A stretch of DNA of 63,748 nucleotides, filler included, from Octopus bimaculoides (lineage: Eukaryota): assembly GCF_001194135.2 (NCBI RefSeq). It is 5 parts of 4 records of this genome, joined end to end, with 100 filler letters (N's around TTAATTAATTAA, not from the genome) between each part and the next. Parts side by side here need not be neighbours in the genome. Positions count along the whole stretch, not along the records: positions 27,042 to 48,726 come from NC_068992.1; positions 48,827 to 60,670 come from NC_068986.1; 3 more parts are not named here. One strand, given 5' to 3'. Shown piece by piece: positions 40,271 through 53,826 of the stretch; within the stretch, counting starts at the first letter, position 1; every line of letters begins with the position of its first letter. Made by a program: the position numbers and the translations under genes. The notes below the pieces were generated by a model, which did not search any database, had not been told where the DNA came from, and worked only from the letters and a program-made list of their open reading frames with translations.

Positions 40271-43200
40271 TATTGTTGTGAGAGCACGACACCCTCTGAT
40301 GTGAATAGACAAGACCACTACATATATATAGTAGCAGTCTGACGTAGTTTGCAGTCCATAGTTTGGTCTTCGAATTCCAGGTGCAGTTTACAGTTTTAGT
40401 TAGTGTGTTGGAAATATTGATTGTTGGTTCATAAAAGATTGTTGGTTCGGTGTGTGTTTGTTACTGCCGGTGTTTCTATTATGTATAGTTATAACACTGT
40501 TGCAGTGTATTCTTCATCGTCGACAATATCAACTGTTCTACAATATTGGAGATGTAAGGATGTAATAATATCAGAGGATCCTACTTTGAATGAGATTAGA
40601 GATTTGTACTTCTTTGAAATTAATGCCTCTTCTGAAAAATTTCAAGATTTCTAGAATGCATCATGTTTTTACACACAGTAGTCACATTGAATCTGTTTGT
40701 GGATTATGTTAAAAAAACAAGTAGAATTAAAAAGATTATAACAAATATTTTTCCTGCCTTGGATAGCAATGATATTCTTTGCAAATTCCCATAAGATTTT
40801 TAAACTCCTATCTTGGAGATGGTAATAATAACTGTATTTTAAAATTCATTTGGGATTTGGCAGTGTGCTGATATTTTCAGGATCAGAGTGTGAAATAAAA
40901 AAAGAAAACAAAAATGCTGGAGAAAAATGCTAAGAAAGCAAGATAAAGTAATAACAACAATAACCATTCACTCTATTATCTCTTCATTGTACATTTCTAT
41001 TATCGCTGGTGGTGGTAAAATCTATGATAATTTCATGTTAATCCTCACAAGATTTTCAATCTCCTTTCTTAAAAATGATGATAATAACTTCAGCTTTCAA
41101 TTCATGTGGGACTTTGGTGGTGGTCCTATATATATTTAGGATCAGAGTGTGAAGTGAAAAAAAAAATGAAATAAAAAAAACATAAAATCCATCAACAACC
41201 ACACACTCTTCCATCTCATTCTTGCATGTTGTATTTATTGTTGTTTTTTGTGTTAGTTGTGGTGGTGGAGGACCATGACTCCTGGTGCCTTTCATAGCAG
41301 AAGAAGAAGAAGAAGAAGAAGAAGAAGAAGAAGAAGAAGAAGAAGAAGAATTAGAAAACGATTGGCAAATAAGGCAAATATTGATAAGGTTAATCTTCAC
41401 TGCTCTCACCAAAATTTGTATTATTAAACATTAGATACACCTCATTATACTTGTAAAATTGTACTGTTTGATATATAATTAACCTCTTAATTTTTTCCAA
41501 CAGTAGAGTAGAATATAATTGTAATTTTTCAAAGCTTGTAGTAGCTATGTCGTCGTCATCTTCCTCCTCCTCCTCCTCCTCCTCCTCCTCCTCAACGTCA
41601 TTGTCATTGTCCTACCAGTGGTGATTATGAAGGTGGGATGATAGTATCATCCACCATCTCTCATGATATAACAAAAAGAAAAAAAGGAAAATCCCATACC
41701 CTTGACAAGGATATTATTGCACCAGCTATCAGAGATGTCACTGAAACTGTTATAATGAAAGACTCTTGGCCAATTCCAAAATGCAAACTTTTATGTACTA
41801 AGAAAGTGAGTTGATGCATGGATGAAATGGCCATCGAAGTGGGAAAATTTGGGGGGGTCAGAACTTCAGCATTACAAGTTTTCTATACAACCAAATGAAT
41901 CATCATTTACTCTTTTACTCTTCAACTTATTTCAGTCATTTGACTGCTGCCATGCTGGAGCACCACCTTATGGTAATTCAAATATTTTCATGGCCTATCT
42001 TAAAGGGCATTTCTGATGAATTTTCATTTTCTAATTATCTTAAAACAGATACAAAAGAGAAAACAATATTTTGATGCTAAGAGGATTATTTGAAAAAAAA
42101 AAAAAAATTAATGTCCTACTCCAGAAGATGAATACCGTGGCTATACTAGGCTTTTAAATTTTATTTTTAAAATATACACAATGCGGGTCAATAAGTCGTC
42201 AATGATTCCAAGAAAGAATCAATAAGATAAGAATTTTCCTGACCCCTGTCCTAGAACATCTCAAGAAAGTAAGCCTGCCGGTTGGCAAAGACTTACTTAC
42301 CAACACAACAATGTCAGACATGTAAATATGTTGTCTCCTCTCTACCTATTCTATTATTTCTTTACAATATGAAAAATTCTCTGCTCCTTACCTTATACAT
42401 CTAAGTCTTCCTTATACATCTATCTCTCCTGTTTCTGCCACTCCATACTGCACCTCAGTTCTTCACCCAGGTTCTGCTCTAACCATTCTGACCAATCTTT
42501 TCTCCCCAGAACAAAACTGGTCTGGAATTCCCACAAAATTAATATATTTTCTGCAGAAAATGACTTCGAGTTGTTAAAACTGATTGGAAATTGTACTAAT
42601 ATAAGCAGTCACAGAGTGCCATGACAGGAAAGGTAATGGATACAATTCCTTCCTTCCTTCCTTTCTTTAATCTTTATTCCTTCCTCCTCTTTGATAAACT
42701 TTTCCTTGCAACATAACTAGAAGAGATGGACATCAATGATAATGAGTATGGTACTTAAAATACAGTTTGACAGCAGCAAGATCAGATTAGATATGTAATA
42801 ATACACTGAAGAATTCCAGATTGGTGGAGATATGTAATCTCTCTCGTGACTTTCCTTAACATACATCACAAAGTCAAATTGCGAGAGACACGTGAAGGAA
42901 TTTGGCTTTCCAACTAGGATATTATAAGAGATTAGATAACACTAGAAGCAGAACTGATGAAAACTAAGTGGATTATTTGGGTATTTCATTCATTTATTTA
43001 TTTACTACTACTGCCACCACCACCACCATAATCAACACCATCACCATCTTTCACCATTATTGCTATTACTATTATATTTTTTTCACAGGTACATATTTAA
43101 ATATATATCTGATTCTGTAATAGTAGAAACAAATTCTTACTTTTATGGTTATTTTTTCTTCTTTTTTTCGTAATTTCACATTCAATTGAAAAGTCCAATC

Positions 43201-43310
43201 TACACCAACTCACATCACTATGTGGCAGATTCTAAATGTCACATAGCTTAGCATGGGGACTTAATTTCCTTCAATCAATCGCAATGTAACAATAGTACTA
43301 TTCATGGTTA

Positions 43311-43383
<73 letters not shown>

Positions 43384-43539
43384 TAAATAGATAACAACAG
43401 ACAGATAATGTGTCAATTCACTACAGCTGTTTCCAACGAATTTTTAGTTGATTAATGGAGACATTACATTAGTAAAAACATTTTCATCGGGTGAATACAT
43501 GAGCCACAACATTCAAAAAACAATCAAAAGATTAACCTT

Positions 43540-43724
43540 GAACTCTGTTGTGCATGTGCTCTAAGTTTTAATGTTCTAGCTCACTTCTGCTGTTTATAGC
43601 AGTTCTAGGAAGGAAGGAAGGTGTATAGCATGTGATTGATGCATAGAACATGACAGAGAAAGTTGAGCAGAGAATCTGCATTAAATTTTGCCAAAAGCTT
43701 GGCAATACTTGCTTTGAAGCCTAA
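43540..43724 (+). mobile_element. Mariner 5' fragment
   Basis: ATG at 43650: MTEKVEQRICIKFCQKLGNTCFEA*, the typical mariner N-terminal EQRxCIKF motif. Confidence 0.7.
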
Positions 43725-43924
43725 AATTTTTATATTAAATGTCGAAAGTTATATTTGAATTGAATTGTACTTGGGCATAACAATTTCAATATGAAAAATA
43801 TGTGTTTAACTGCAGCAGGGTTGTGTATTATCAGTTATTCTTTTCATAATTATTTTGAACTGGATTGACATGCACTGCCATATTGTAGGGGTGGTACCAC
43901 AATCAGTGGATGTAGGATTGGTCA

Positions 43925-44520
43925 GGAGATATTTGCCAATGGCGTTTTTCTACTTGGTTCATCAGAAGATGATCTCCAGTACGTACTAAATGAGTTTGCT
44001 GCTGAGCGCTGCAAAGTAGAGGTGAAAATTAATGTTGCAAAGACTGAGACATCAGTCCTCTCAAGAAAGTCTTTCCGTAAACTCTGCATACTAGTGAAGC
44101 ATCACCAAGACAAGTGGAGTTTAAGCATCTCGGGACCATATTCCCAAGTGATGAGAATTAGAAGGGTGAATACGAAACAAGAACTGCAGGTGCTGGCATA
44201 GTAATGTACCAACTCCAGCAATCAACTCTCAAAAGAGGTAAGGTTGGTAAATAAAGCCAAACTTGCTATCTTCAATTTGATTTCCATGCCTGTCTTCACA
44301 TATGGTCATGAATGCTGAGTAATGACTAAGCGTAAACTGTTGAATACAAGTCGCCAAAATGGGGTCTGAAGAGCCTTTGGAGTATTACTACTTAACAGTG
44401 TATATAGCTCAGAAATCAGGGAATCTTTTCAGGTCAAGTCACTACTTCTCAGCATTAAATGGCCTCAATACCAATACATCAGGCATGTGATGAGAATGTC
44501 ACAGAAAAGAATTAGATAAT
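43925..44520 (+). mobile_element. RTE LINE RT C-terminal remnant
   Basis: FANGVFLLGSSEDDLQ (YADD region), INVAKTE, FKHLG, YGHEC and EIRES motifs. Confidence 0.75.
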
Positions 44521-46636
44521 AATATCTTTCGTTTCTGAAGTGTAGCATAAATTTATGTAATGTTATTTTAGAAATGTTGATTATTATTGACATTCTAAGA
44601 AGAAGCTGTTCATGAAGAATTTATGACACAATATTTCAGTACTAAAATATGCAGCTTATTTATTTCTAGTGTTAAAAGTAATTTTCTCTTGTTCAACTGT
44701 GAAATATCCTTCATCCAAAATAAATAAGTTTATATATTATCCTGCACGAAAATATATCAGTCTGTATAAATATTTTCTTTATTTTTTTTAGCTTACTAAT
44801 TAGATTAATAAATCAAATGACTAATGGAAAGGATCACTTACTGATTCATAAGGCAATTTAATCTTGAGGCTGTCAGTCTTTAAACCAACCAACCGTCTTT
44901 TGCTGATTTCATAAGAACTAGCTTCCTTTTATTTTATTTTCTGAAAATATTCTGAAAGTATGAAAAGGATTCGCTTCAATTTCTCACATTACCTCAATTT
45001 CGTGATTAATCATAACTTGAAGAGAAGTGAGATAGAATAATTATAATTACTAGAAATATATCAAATTCAGAGAATTTGGACATGTTATGAATTATACATA
45101 TTTGTACATATATATGTGTATGTATAAATGTGTGCGTGTGTGCGCTCGCACACTCACATGCATGTTGGCAGGGAAAAGTGGATGTTGAACAATGATGATG
45201 TTGATGATTTATGACAATAATGAGGGTGATAATAATGATGATGATGATGAAGAGAATGAGGATGGTTATAATGATGATGATGATACACACACACATACAC
45301 ATACACACATATATATGTCTTTATGTGCCTAGATAAATTATATTATCTTCTGATTTTAGTCATCCTCTTTGATCTATTGTATAATCATTGGGCATAAGTT
45401 TAGACCCAAATATCTTAAAGTCATTAATTAAAGCTAATAAACATCTTTAATAATATAAAGATCACGTTTAGAATGCTTGTATCTACAATATCAGAGGTTG
45501 ACATGTGTTAGAGTTGGTAAGGTTAAACCACGTTAATTATTTAAAGATGGATTCGATAAAATGTTTGCTAATTTAGTTTTCTTTTGATACATGATGCATT
45601 AAAAGGATATCTTTGCAATGGAATGGTTCATTAGAATACCTTATTGATTAGTTCAACAAAAGTACTGGAGCTTGTTAAGAGTTGATGAAAGGAAATTCTC
45701 ATATAACAAGCATTCTACAATTCCAAAGTTTTAACATTTATTAATATTGAAATATTTCCTAGTTAAATCATTAAATGTTATCAAACTACTATTAACTGAA
45801 ATAGATATTTAAGTTCATAATAATGTGCTAAGGTGATTCTACTAATTACATAAGTTCAAATCATGTTGTATCATTACCTAAAAGACACCCTCTACTTATC
45901 TCCAAATATCTAACATAAAAATGTGTTCCATGCCCAGTTCTTCAGTCAGTGGCTCTTGGTTTAAATTTCGCATACGTATATGCAAAATCTGAATCATCTT
46001 TGTAAGTTGTCTGAACAGCAACTTAACTATTCAATAATCTATAAATGATTTTTGAATTTTTGAGAAGTCGCCACATAAAAGTATCCAGCACACTCTGTAA
46101 AGCGATTGGTATTAAGAAGGGCATCCAGCTGTAGAAACCATGCCAAATCAGACTGGAGTCTTTTGTCTCTCCCCAGTTTGCCAGCTCTGTTTGAGTAGAA
46201 TTGTATGAATGTGTGAAACATCGGACAAAAGTGATACATTAGAAGCAAATCAAAATATTGACCAAAAATGAACTCGAAATTGTGCAACCCACTATAGTTA
46301 CCAAGGTTATTTTAGCTGTAAAAAAGAGTTGTTGAGTCAAAAACATAGTTCATTTGGTAGATAGATAATAAGCAGCTTTCTTTATTATAATACACATGTG
46401 ACTAATTCGGAGAAACATTACTTTCGTTATTCACACATCGTCACTCTCGTAATGCAACACTTTGTAATTTTGGTTCAAATTGAAAGTGTGAAACTATTTT
46501 CACTTTCTAATGAAACCTGGTCATTGTAGAGAAGTGTATTTGAAATAACTATTGCTGGCTATTGAGATAACGTAGAAAATGTGCAAATGAAAACAAAGTT
46601 TATTTGACATTTGTAATTGATTTGATTGCTCTGGAA

Positions 46637-48726
46637 GGTGGCAGGCTGGCAGAATTGTTAGCATGCTGGGCAAAATNNNNNNNNNNNNNNNNNNNNNNNN
46701 NNNNNNNNNNNNNNNNNNNNNNNNNNNNNNNNNNNNNNNNNNNNNNNNNNNNNNNNNNNNNNNNNNNNNNNNNNNNNNNNNNNNNNNNNNNNNNNNNNNN
46801 NNNNNNNNNNNNNNNNNNNNNNNNNNNNNNNNNNNNNNNNNNNNNNNNNNNNNNNNNNNNNNNNNNNNNNNNNNNNNNNNNNNNNNNNNNNNNNNNNNNN
46901 NNNNNNNNNNNNNNNNNNNNNNNNNNNNNNNNNNNNNNNNNNNNNNNNNNNNNNNNNNNNNNNNNNNNNNNNNNNNNNNNNNNNNNNNNNNNNNNNNNNN
47001 NNNNNNNNNNNNNNNNNNNNNNNNNNNNNNNNNNNNNNNNNNNNNNNNNNNNNNNNNNNNNNNNNNNNNNNNNNNNNNNNNNNNNNNNNNNNNNNNNNNN
47101 NNNNNNNNNNNNNNNNNNNNNNNNNNNNNNNNNNNNNNNNNNNNNNNNNNNNNNNNNNNNNNNNNNNNNNNNNNNNNNNNNNNNNNNNNNNNNNNNNNNN
47201 NNNNNNNNNNNNNNNNNNNNNNNNNNNNNNNNNNNNNNNNNNNNNNNNNNNNNNNNNNNNNNNNNNNNNNNNNNNNNNNNNNNNNNNNNNNNNNNNNNNN
47301 NNNNNNNNNNNNNNNNNNNNNNNNNNNNNNNNNNNNNNNNNNNNNNNNNNNNNNNNNNNNNNNNNNNNNNNNNNNNNNNNNNNNNNNNNNNNNNNNNNNN
47401 NNNNNNNNNNNNGGTAAGTCACCAATTTAGCAAAAGTTAGTATGCATCGCCAATGTATGAAAGTACAGACAGTCAACATTTATTTGGAACATATACTAAA
47501 AGTTTTAAAATTCACGATTGAATGAATGTCATGGGGAAGAAAGTATAAGTCCAAGAAAATTCAGAAGGCATAATTCAGTTTCTCGTGCAAAAATAATTTA
47601 TGTTGCAATTTTGAAACGAATGCTGAACCAAATGTATAAAAAGGAAGACGCTGTTTTTGAAGTGTGTAACATTATAGGCTGTAGAAGAAATACTGAGTAG
47701 TGCAGTAAAATGTTTGTGCAATGTTGATACTCACAGTGATGAAAAATACAAGGATCTTAAAAAAAAACATTATCTTGCAACTGGTTAGAAGGAGTGAAAT
47801 AACATTTCTGTAATTATATTGAAAGAGTCGCTGAGGTTTTCTATTTCGGCAAGTTTCCGGATTCGTTATAAAAACCAGAATAATATTTTTTCAGATATAT
47901 TTNNNNNNNNNNTGGGATCGATGCAATCAACTGGTCCCCTCCCCCGAAATGTCAGGCCTTGTGACTATAGAAGAAAGGATTTGATAGTTCTGGTCTTAAC
48001 ATCCGTTGGTAAGAATAGAAGTCATTTGACGACACCGTTTTGTTTGTAATTGGCTATCCTGTTGCAGGTTCAATCCAAGGAATATTGAAATAATACCCAT
48101 CTTGTTTATTCCACAGAATAAGATTATACAGGAGAAGATCATAACAGGGATGAGTCTGTGAAACACATTTAAGGTTATCTTGAACACGAATGAGAATATT
48201 ATGATTTTCAATGGGATCACCAACCATAAGGATGACTACTTCATTAGATGTGGGCTCATTAAAACAGAGCAAAATGTTCTTTACTATAGTTTACAATAGA
48301 CTTAATGGATGCAAAAACACACACACACTCATAAAATTGATAATATTGAAAACAGCAAAATGTATACACATGAAGTTCATGCAAAATGAAATGTAGTCAA
48401 TATAGGTGCAGAACATATTTTCTGTAGTATAGTTTTGCCATTAAAAAATGGTAAGTCACCAATTTAGCAAAAGTTAGTATGNNNNNNNNNNGTTAGCATG
48501 CTGGGCAAAATGCTTGAGCAGTATTTTGTCTGTTCAAATGCCGCTGGGGTCAACTTTGCTTTCATTTTTTCAGGGTCAATAAATTAAGTACTAGTGAGAC
48601 ACTGGGATCGATGCAATCAACTGGTCCCCTCCCCCGAAATGTCAGGCCTTGTAACTATAGTAGAAAGGATTTGATAGTTCTGGTCTTAACATCCGTTGGT
48701 AAGAATAGAAGTCATTTGACGACACC
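46637..48726. other. Locally duplicated or misordered contig ends around a family B SINE
   Basis: About 46657-46676 matches 48492-48511; 47413-47443 matches 48450-48481; about 47914-48040 matches 48604-48726 with a few SNPs; most copies abut gaps. Confidence 0.8.
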
Positions 48727-48999
48727 NNNNNNNNNNNNNNNNNNNNNNNNNNNNNNNNNNNNNNNNNNNNTTAATTAATTAANNNNNNNNNNNNNNNNNN
48801 NNNNNNNNNNNNNNNNNNNNNNNNNNCAAAGTGTTGAGTAAAATTATTTCGTTGCAGACCTCCTTTGAGTCTTTTTATTATCACTGCGACACACATAGTC
48901 CCCAGTTGGTAACGTTGATTTCAAGGCCCTCCTAGATGAGAGACTGGCATTCCACTTAATGTCTATGTTCCATGCTGGCATGGATTGGAGAGTTAGTAA

Positions 49000-49110
49000 T
49001 GTAGAATTATGGTATCGTAGCTACTAACAGTTGAGGGTTGCGTAGTCTAGACGGCGTTTTTAGATTTCATTATTCTCTTTAACCCGGGCAAAGCCGGGTA
49101 TTTCTGCTAG
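49000..49110 (+). mobile_element. Helitron-type 3' terminus
   Basis: Hairpin ACCCGG-GCAAAG-CCGGGT (49082-49099), then CTAG (49107-49110) followed by T; 5' boundary uncertain. Confidence 0.6.
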
Positions 49111-50109
49111 TTGTATATAAATTCATTAGTTACTAAAAATTATTAGTTTCTTTCACATATTCTTAGTTTATGCATGTGTATGCAAATATAGTATTGTTAT
49201 ATCCCATATATGTTCATTAGAAATTAAATAAATAAATAATTTTGACATGTACGAATATTTATTTCCCCCCATTGTATACTCTCCACCCAGTTTTTACATT
49301 GATTGCTCTCAACTGCATGTCAGCTTTCTTTTTCTCATTCTTTCCTATCTTTCCTCCATCCACTGTGTCATTATTACTATCCTTCTGTTCTTCACATCTC
49401 TTTCTGTATTGTCAGTCAGTTCCTAATCTCCCCACCACCTCCTTCCAACTCATATGTATTTCTGGTCATCACCCATCCCTTATCCACCATTCACTACATC
49501 TATCCCTCAATCCTACCCAATTTTTACAGGTGTCACCTACCCTTCCCTAATTATTCCTCAAGACCTTTTCTTTAATATATTCACCCCACTAATTCATTCC
49601 CATCTCTAATAATCACTTCTTTCTCATCAATACACACAGTTTCTACCTCCTCACGCCTCCAGTTCTCCTGTCCCTATTCACACCCACAGGTCTCCTGTCC
49701 CCACTCACTTCTATTCATCTTGTATTTTTTTTGTCTTCACTCTGACACTTTATCATTACAATTCTATCTCTTTCCATCTTGCCATCACCCCCACCCTCTC
49801 TTCTATAATGTGAACAGCCACATAGCTCCTATACAGCAACAAACCTGATCTGCTCTGGTCCTTTCTCTCACACACTTTAACCTTTTGTCTCCTGAAGCAT
49901 AAACCCACTTCCCTCTCTACAGTAGATTCACTCAGTCAAAGACATCTTAGACTTGCATAACAATCTAACTACTGTTGGTGCAATGAAAAAAGCACCCAAT
50001 AGGCAATTGTCGTTAGAAAGGACATTCAATCATAGAAACCATACCAAAGTAGATATTGAAGCATGATGCTGTCCTCTGACTAGTCAGATCTTCTCAAACC
50101 CTGCAACCC

Positions 50110-51090
50110 ATGCAAGTGTATCACATGTCCATACCAGTACAGTTTTCTTTCTTGCACACTACATCTGATTATGTCCAGTTTTTCACTTAGCATCTTTGAA
50201 CTTTATTGTTTATGCACACTTACACGGCACCTTCAATGGGGCATGCCAACTTAATTTTTTACAAGTCTTCTCAATTCCTTTGCATTCAAGGCTCATGTCT
50301 CACTGCCATGTAACATTGCAGTTCTGACACAAGCATCATACAACCAGTCTTTCGCTCTGAGAAAAAAAATCTTTGTTGTCAGCAGAGGCAGTAGCTCCCT
50401 GAATTTTCTCCAACCCATTCTACTCTGGCTTTTATACTTTCAAAGCAATTACTTCTCTTACTAATTACATCTCCTCTGAAGCAAAAGCTGTTGACTACTT
50501 CTACTGAGCCATCTGAGCATTTAAAAGGATCTATTTCCAGTGTACTCCTATGAGCTGCTCTAGTTTATCTATAGCATATGAAACTTATGCTCTCAGATAG
50601 CCTGCCAGTGATTCCACTATATCTCTTGTATGTCCATAACATTCATTGGGTATAGCATATGGAATTTATACCTACTCTTTTTCTGCATATCAAACAAGGC
50701 CATTTCTTTGAAAGTATAAGAGTCTTGTTTTCTTTCCTACTTGCTAAATACTTCATCTTTGCTAGGCTTACATGAAGACCACTCAATTCTAGGTTTAGTT
50801 TCCATGCCTGGAATATCCTCTTTAACAGATTCAGCTATGAAAACTAGACCATCAGTATATAAGAGTTTCCATGGGCAACCAGTCTTAAACTCTGATGGCT
50901 TATAGTAGGACTGTAATGAATAGGTGATGACTAAGGCTTAAACCTAGATGGATTCTTGCTTTATTGCTAAATTTGTCACTGAAATCATTGCCAACTCTTT
51001 ACTTACTGCAGTAATTTTTTCAGTGTCCACGAAATTAGTGAGCATGGTATTCTGCTAAATGCTTTCTTCAATCAATGAAAGGCAAGAATA
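50110..51090 (-). mobile_element. RTE LINE RT remnant
   Basis: Minus frames LPFID*RKHL (AFVDLEKAF) and LLYTDGLVFIAES (LLYADDL); homologous to about 53130-53530. Confidence 0.75.
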
Positions 51091-51332
51091 GCAGTATGTA
51101 TATGAGAAAGAGGGGAAACAGGGAGAGACAGAGGGAGAGACAGAGGGAGAGAGTCTGTGTGTGTGCACGCGTGTGTGTGTGTGAAGACATGCTATAATTC
51201 TTTCCAGTCACAAAACATTATACAACCAGAATCCAATTCTGAAGGCATTTCTAATCTCTTGAGAGTTTTGTATAATGGAATAGTTTTCAATGGCATTTTC
51301 ATAAATTATCACCATATGTCAATACATTGTGT

Positions 51333-51386
<54 letters not shown>

Positions 51387-52249
51387 CTGCATGTGTGTCT
51401 GCATGCACGTGTGTGTGTGTGTGTGTACGTGCTTGTATACATATTTATATGCATGACTGTTGTAAGTTTGTATGTAAGGCGTGTACATGTTATGTGTATG
51501 TATGGTATGTGCTGTCTAATTCTGTGTATGTGTATTTGTGTATGTTTGTATTGTATATTTGTATAAATGTGTGTGGTGTATTTGTATGTATACATGTGTG
51601 TGTTGTATACTTGCATTTGTATTCATGTTTNNNNNNNNNNATGTGTGTGTTGTATACTTGCATTTGTATTCATGTTTGCTATGTTTCAATCTATGTGAAT
51701 GTGTTTGTGTGTGTATCAACATGTTCACTCCATGTCAGTCCTGATCCAGTAGAATTGTGACCATAGGCCTTTTAGCTGCAGTTTTTTGCATGTTATTTGA
51801 TTACATACAGGTTTGTTTGTTGGTAAATGTGTTTAGATGTGAATTCATTTGTTTGTGTGTGTACATGAGAGAGAGAGGGAGGAAAGAGAGAGAAAGAAGA
51901 GAGAGGAGAGAGAGGGAAAGAGAGAGAAAGGAGAGAGAGAGTGTGTATGCATGTGCATGTTTGTATGTTGGCATGTATGTGTTATTGCAGCTATGTCATT
52001 GTTATTTATCCCAGATGATCTCTGATCAAGTAGACCGATGACTAAAGGCATTCCAGCTGTAACTATCTCATCTTTCTCTCAGACATAATATATCTTACAC
52101 TACATTATCCATTTGTTCTTTTTTTTTTTTTACATGGTAGGGATTTGAAGAAGATTTCATGTCTATTTCCAGATTAAGCAACTACAAAGAAGTTTCCTTG
52201 TTAATTTATATGAATACGTTAGTATAAGACAGTATATCAGAAAGAATCA

Positions 52250-53826
52250 AGATGTTGAGGATGAGGAGTATATATGGATAGATAATGGTACACTTGCAAT
52301 GAGTGACTCTAAAAAGAAGGTGTGTAAGTGCTACTACAAAAGGTTATTATGAGTGAAGAATGCTTGGGGTAAAGGGAGTCTTTCCAATGTGAACTCAACA
52401 GCTATCCTAGTTGACAACAGTATGACAGATAAGGCATTTAAGGATATGAAGATGGGGAAAGCTCCTGGTCCATTGGGAACTATACTGAGATTCTTAAATT
52501 ATCTGGTGGAGTAGGATACAGTCTAGTTGCCTGTATAGTTTATCAGGTTACTCAGGAAGGTGTCATCCCCAATGACTGACATAGCAACATAATAGTTAGC
52601 TATTACAAAAGTAAGGGAGATGCCCTAAATAGAAGTAATTACGGAGGTGTCAAATAGCTGGGTTATGAAAGTTACAGAGAGAGCACAATTAATTAGAAAC
52701 AGAATTGGAGTAAAGATTATTATGGCAGTCCTGATTTAGGATTAATGTTGCTGTAACTTAGCCCCAAGAGACATCATCTCCAGCTGGTTACACAACACGA
52801 TCTGTGTCCTTATATTTTCAAACAAGGGAACCTAGCACCCCCACTCAGCTCAAAACAATTTCTGTGTATCACAATTTCTGGGTTATTTCCCTTCATTAGC
52901 ACAGAATAATAGTTCAGCTAGAGGTGGTGCTGCCATATTCCTGCTCAAAATACATAGTTTTCAAATCTTTACTCCAAAGTACTGTTACTGAATATTTCTA
53001 TTTACAAATAGTAATTTTCTAAGAATTGGAGCAGATGAGATGCAGTTTGGCTTTGTGCTGGATAGAAGTACTACTGATGCTATCTTCTTAGTCAGATATC
53101 TGCAGAAGTATTTAGCTAAGAATAAACCATTATACTAGGCATTTGTTGACTTGGAGAAAACCTTTGACAGAGTCCCTCATTCTGTGATATAGTGGTCTCT
53201 GAGAAAACTAGGAGTATGTATATTGCTTGTGAAAACTGTACAAGCCATGTACATGTATGCTGTCAGTAAGATGAGTTAGCCATGAGTATAGTTTCAAATT
53301 TAGTGAGCAGATTGGCATTCACCAAGGCACAGCTTTCAGTCCCCTTCTATTCATCATTGTCCTCCAGGCCATAACAGAGCAATTTAAAACCAGCTGCCCC
53401 TAGGTACTGCTATATGCTGATGATCCCATCATCATAACAGAATCTGTAACAGAACTAGAAAAGAAATCGCAGGTGTGGAAGCAAAGCCTGAAATCAAAAG
53501 GTCTTAATGTTAACTTTGGAAAGATCAAGGTTCTAATAAGCAAGAAGACAAGCAGAACCCTATCCACATGTAGTACACAAGAGAGGAGACTACACTGGTT
53601 TAGTCATTTGATGCATATGGACAAGAACAATTGCATAAAGAAGTGACAGTTGCTTAAAGTGGATGGAACTCATGGAAGAGGGAGACCCAGGAAGAATGGG
53701 ACAAAGTATTCAAGGTTGATCTCAAGATGCTGAGCCCTAAAGAGATGACAATGGACCAAGATAATTGGTGTTTTTGCTGTGCTCAAAAAGACCTAATCAT
53801 TACAGCAAAGATGGTATCCTAAAGCC
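52250..53826 (+). mobile_element. RTE LINE remnant interrupted by a nested insertion
   Basis: MKMGKAPGP, QFGF, FVDLEKTFDRVP, GIHQG, LLYADD, RLHWFSH and RGRPRK motifs in order, with stops and frameshifts. Confidence 0.9.
52711..53021 (-). mobile_element. 311-bp family Y insertion with 10-bp TSD
   Basis: AGAATTGGAG at 52701-52710 and 53022-53031; removing the insert rejoins the RTE sequence; homologous to 16542-16710. Strand is inferred. Confidence 0.8.

Noticed and set aside
47996-48396. Protein-like short ORFs (hydrophobic, vaguely cadherin-like)
   Set aside because: No canonical cadherin motifs or consistent splice sites, and the region lies in a misassembled segment.
46637-48726. Apparent tandem or segmental duplication
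   Set aside because: The duplicated pieces mostly end at gaps and differ by a few SNPs, which fits uncollapsed haplotypes or overlapping contig ends better than a real duplication.
51590-51680. About 37-bp direct repeat across a 10-N gap
   Set aside because: Overlapping contig ends.
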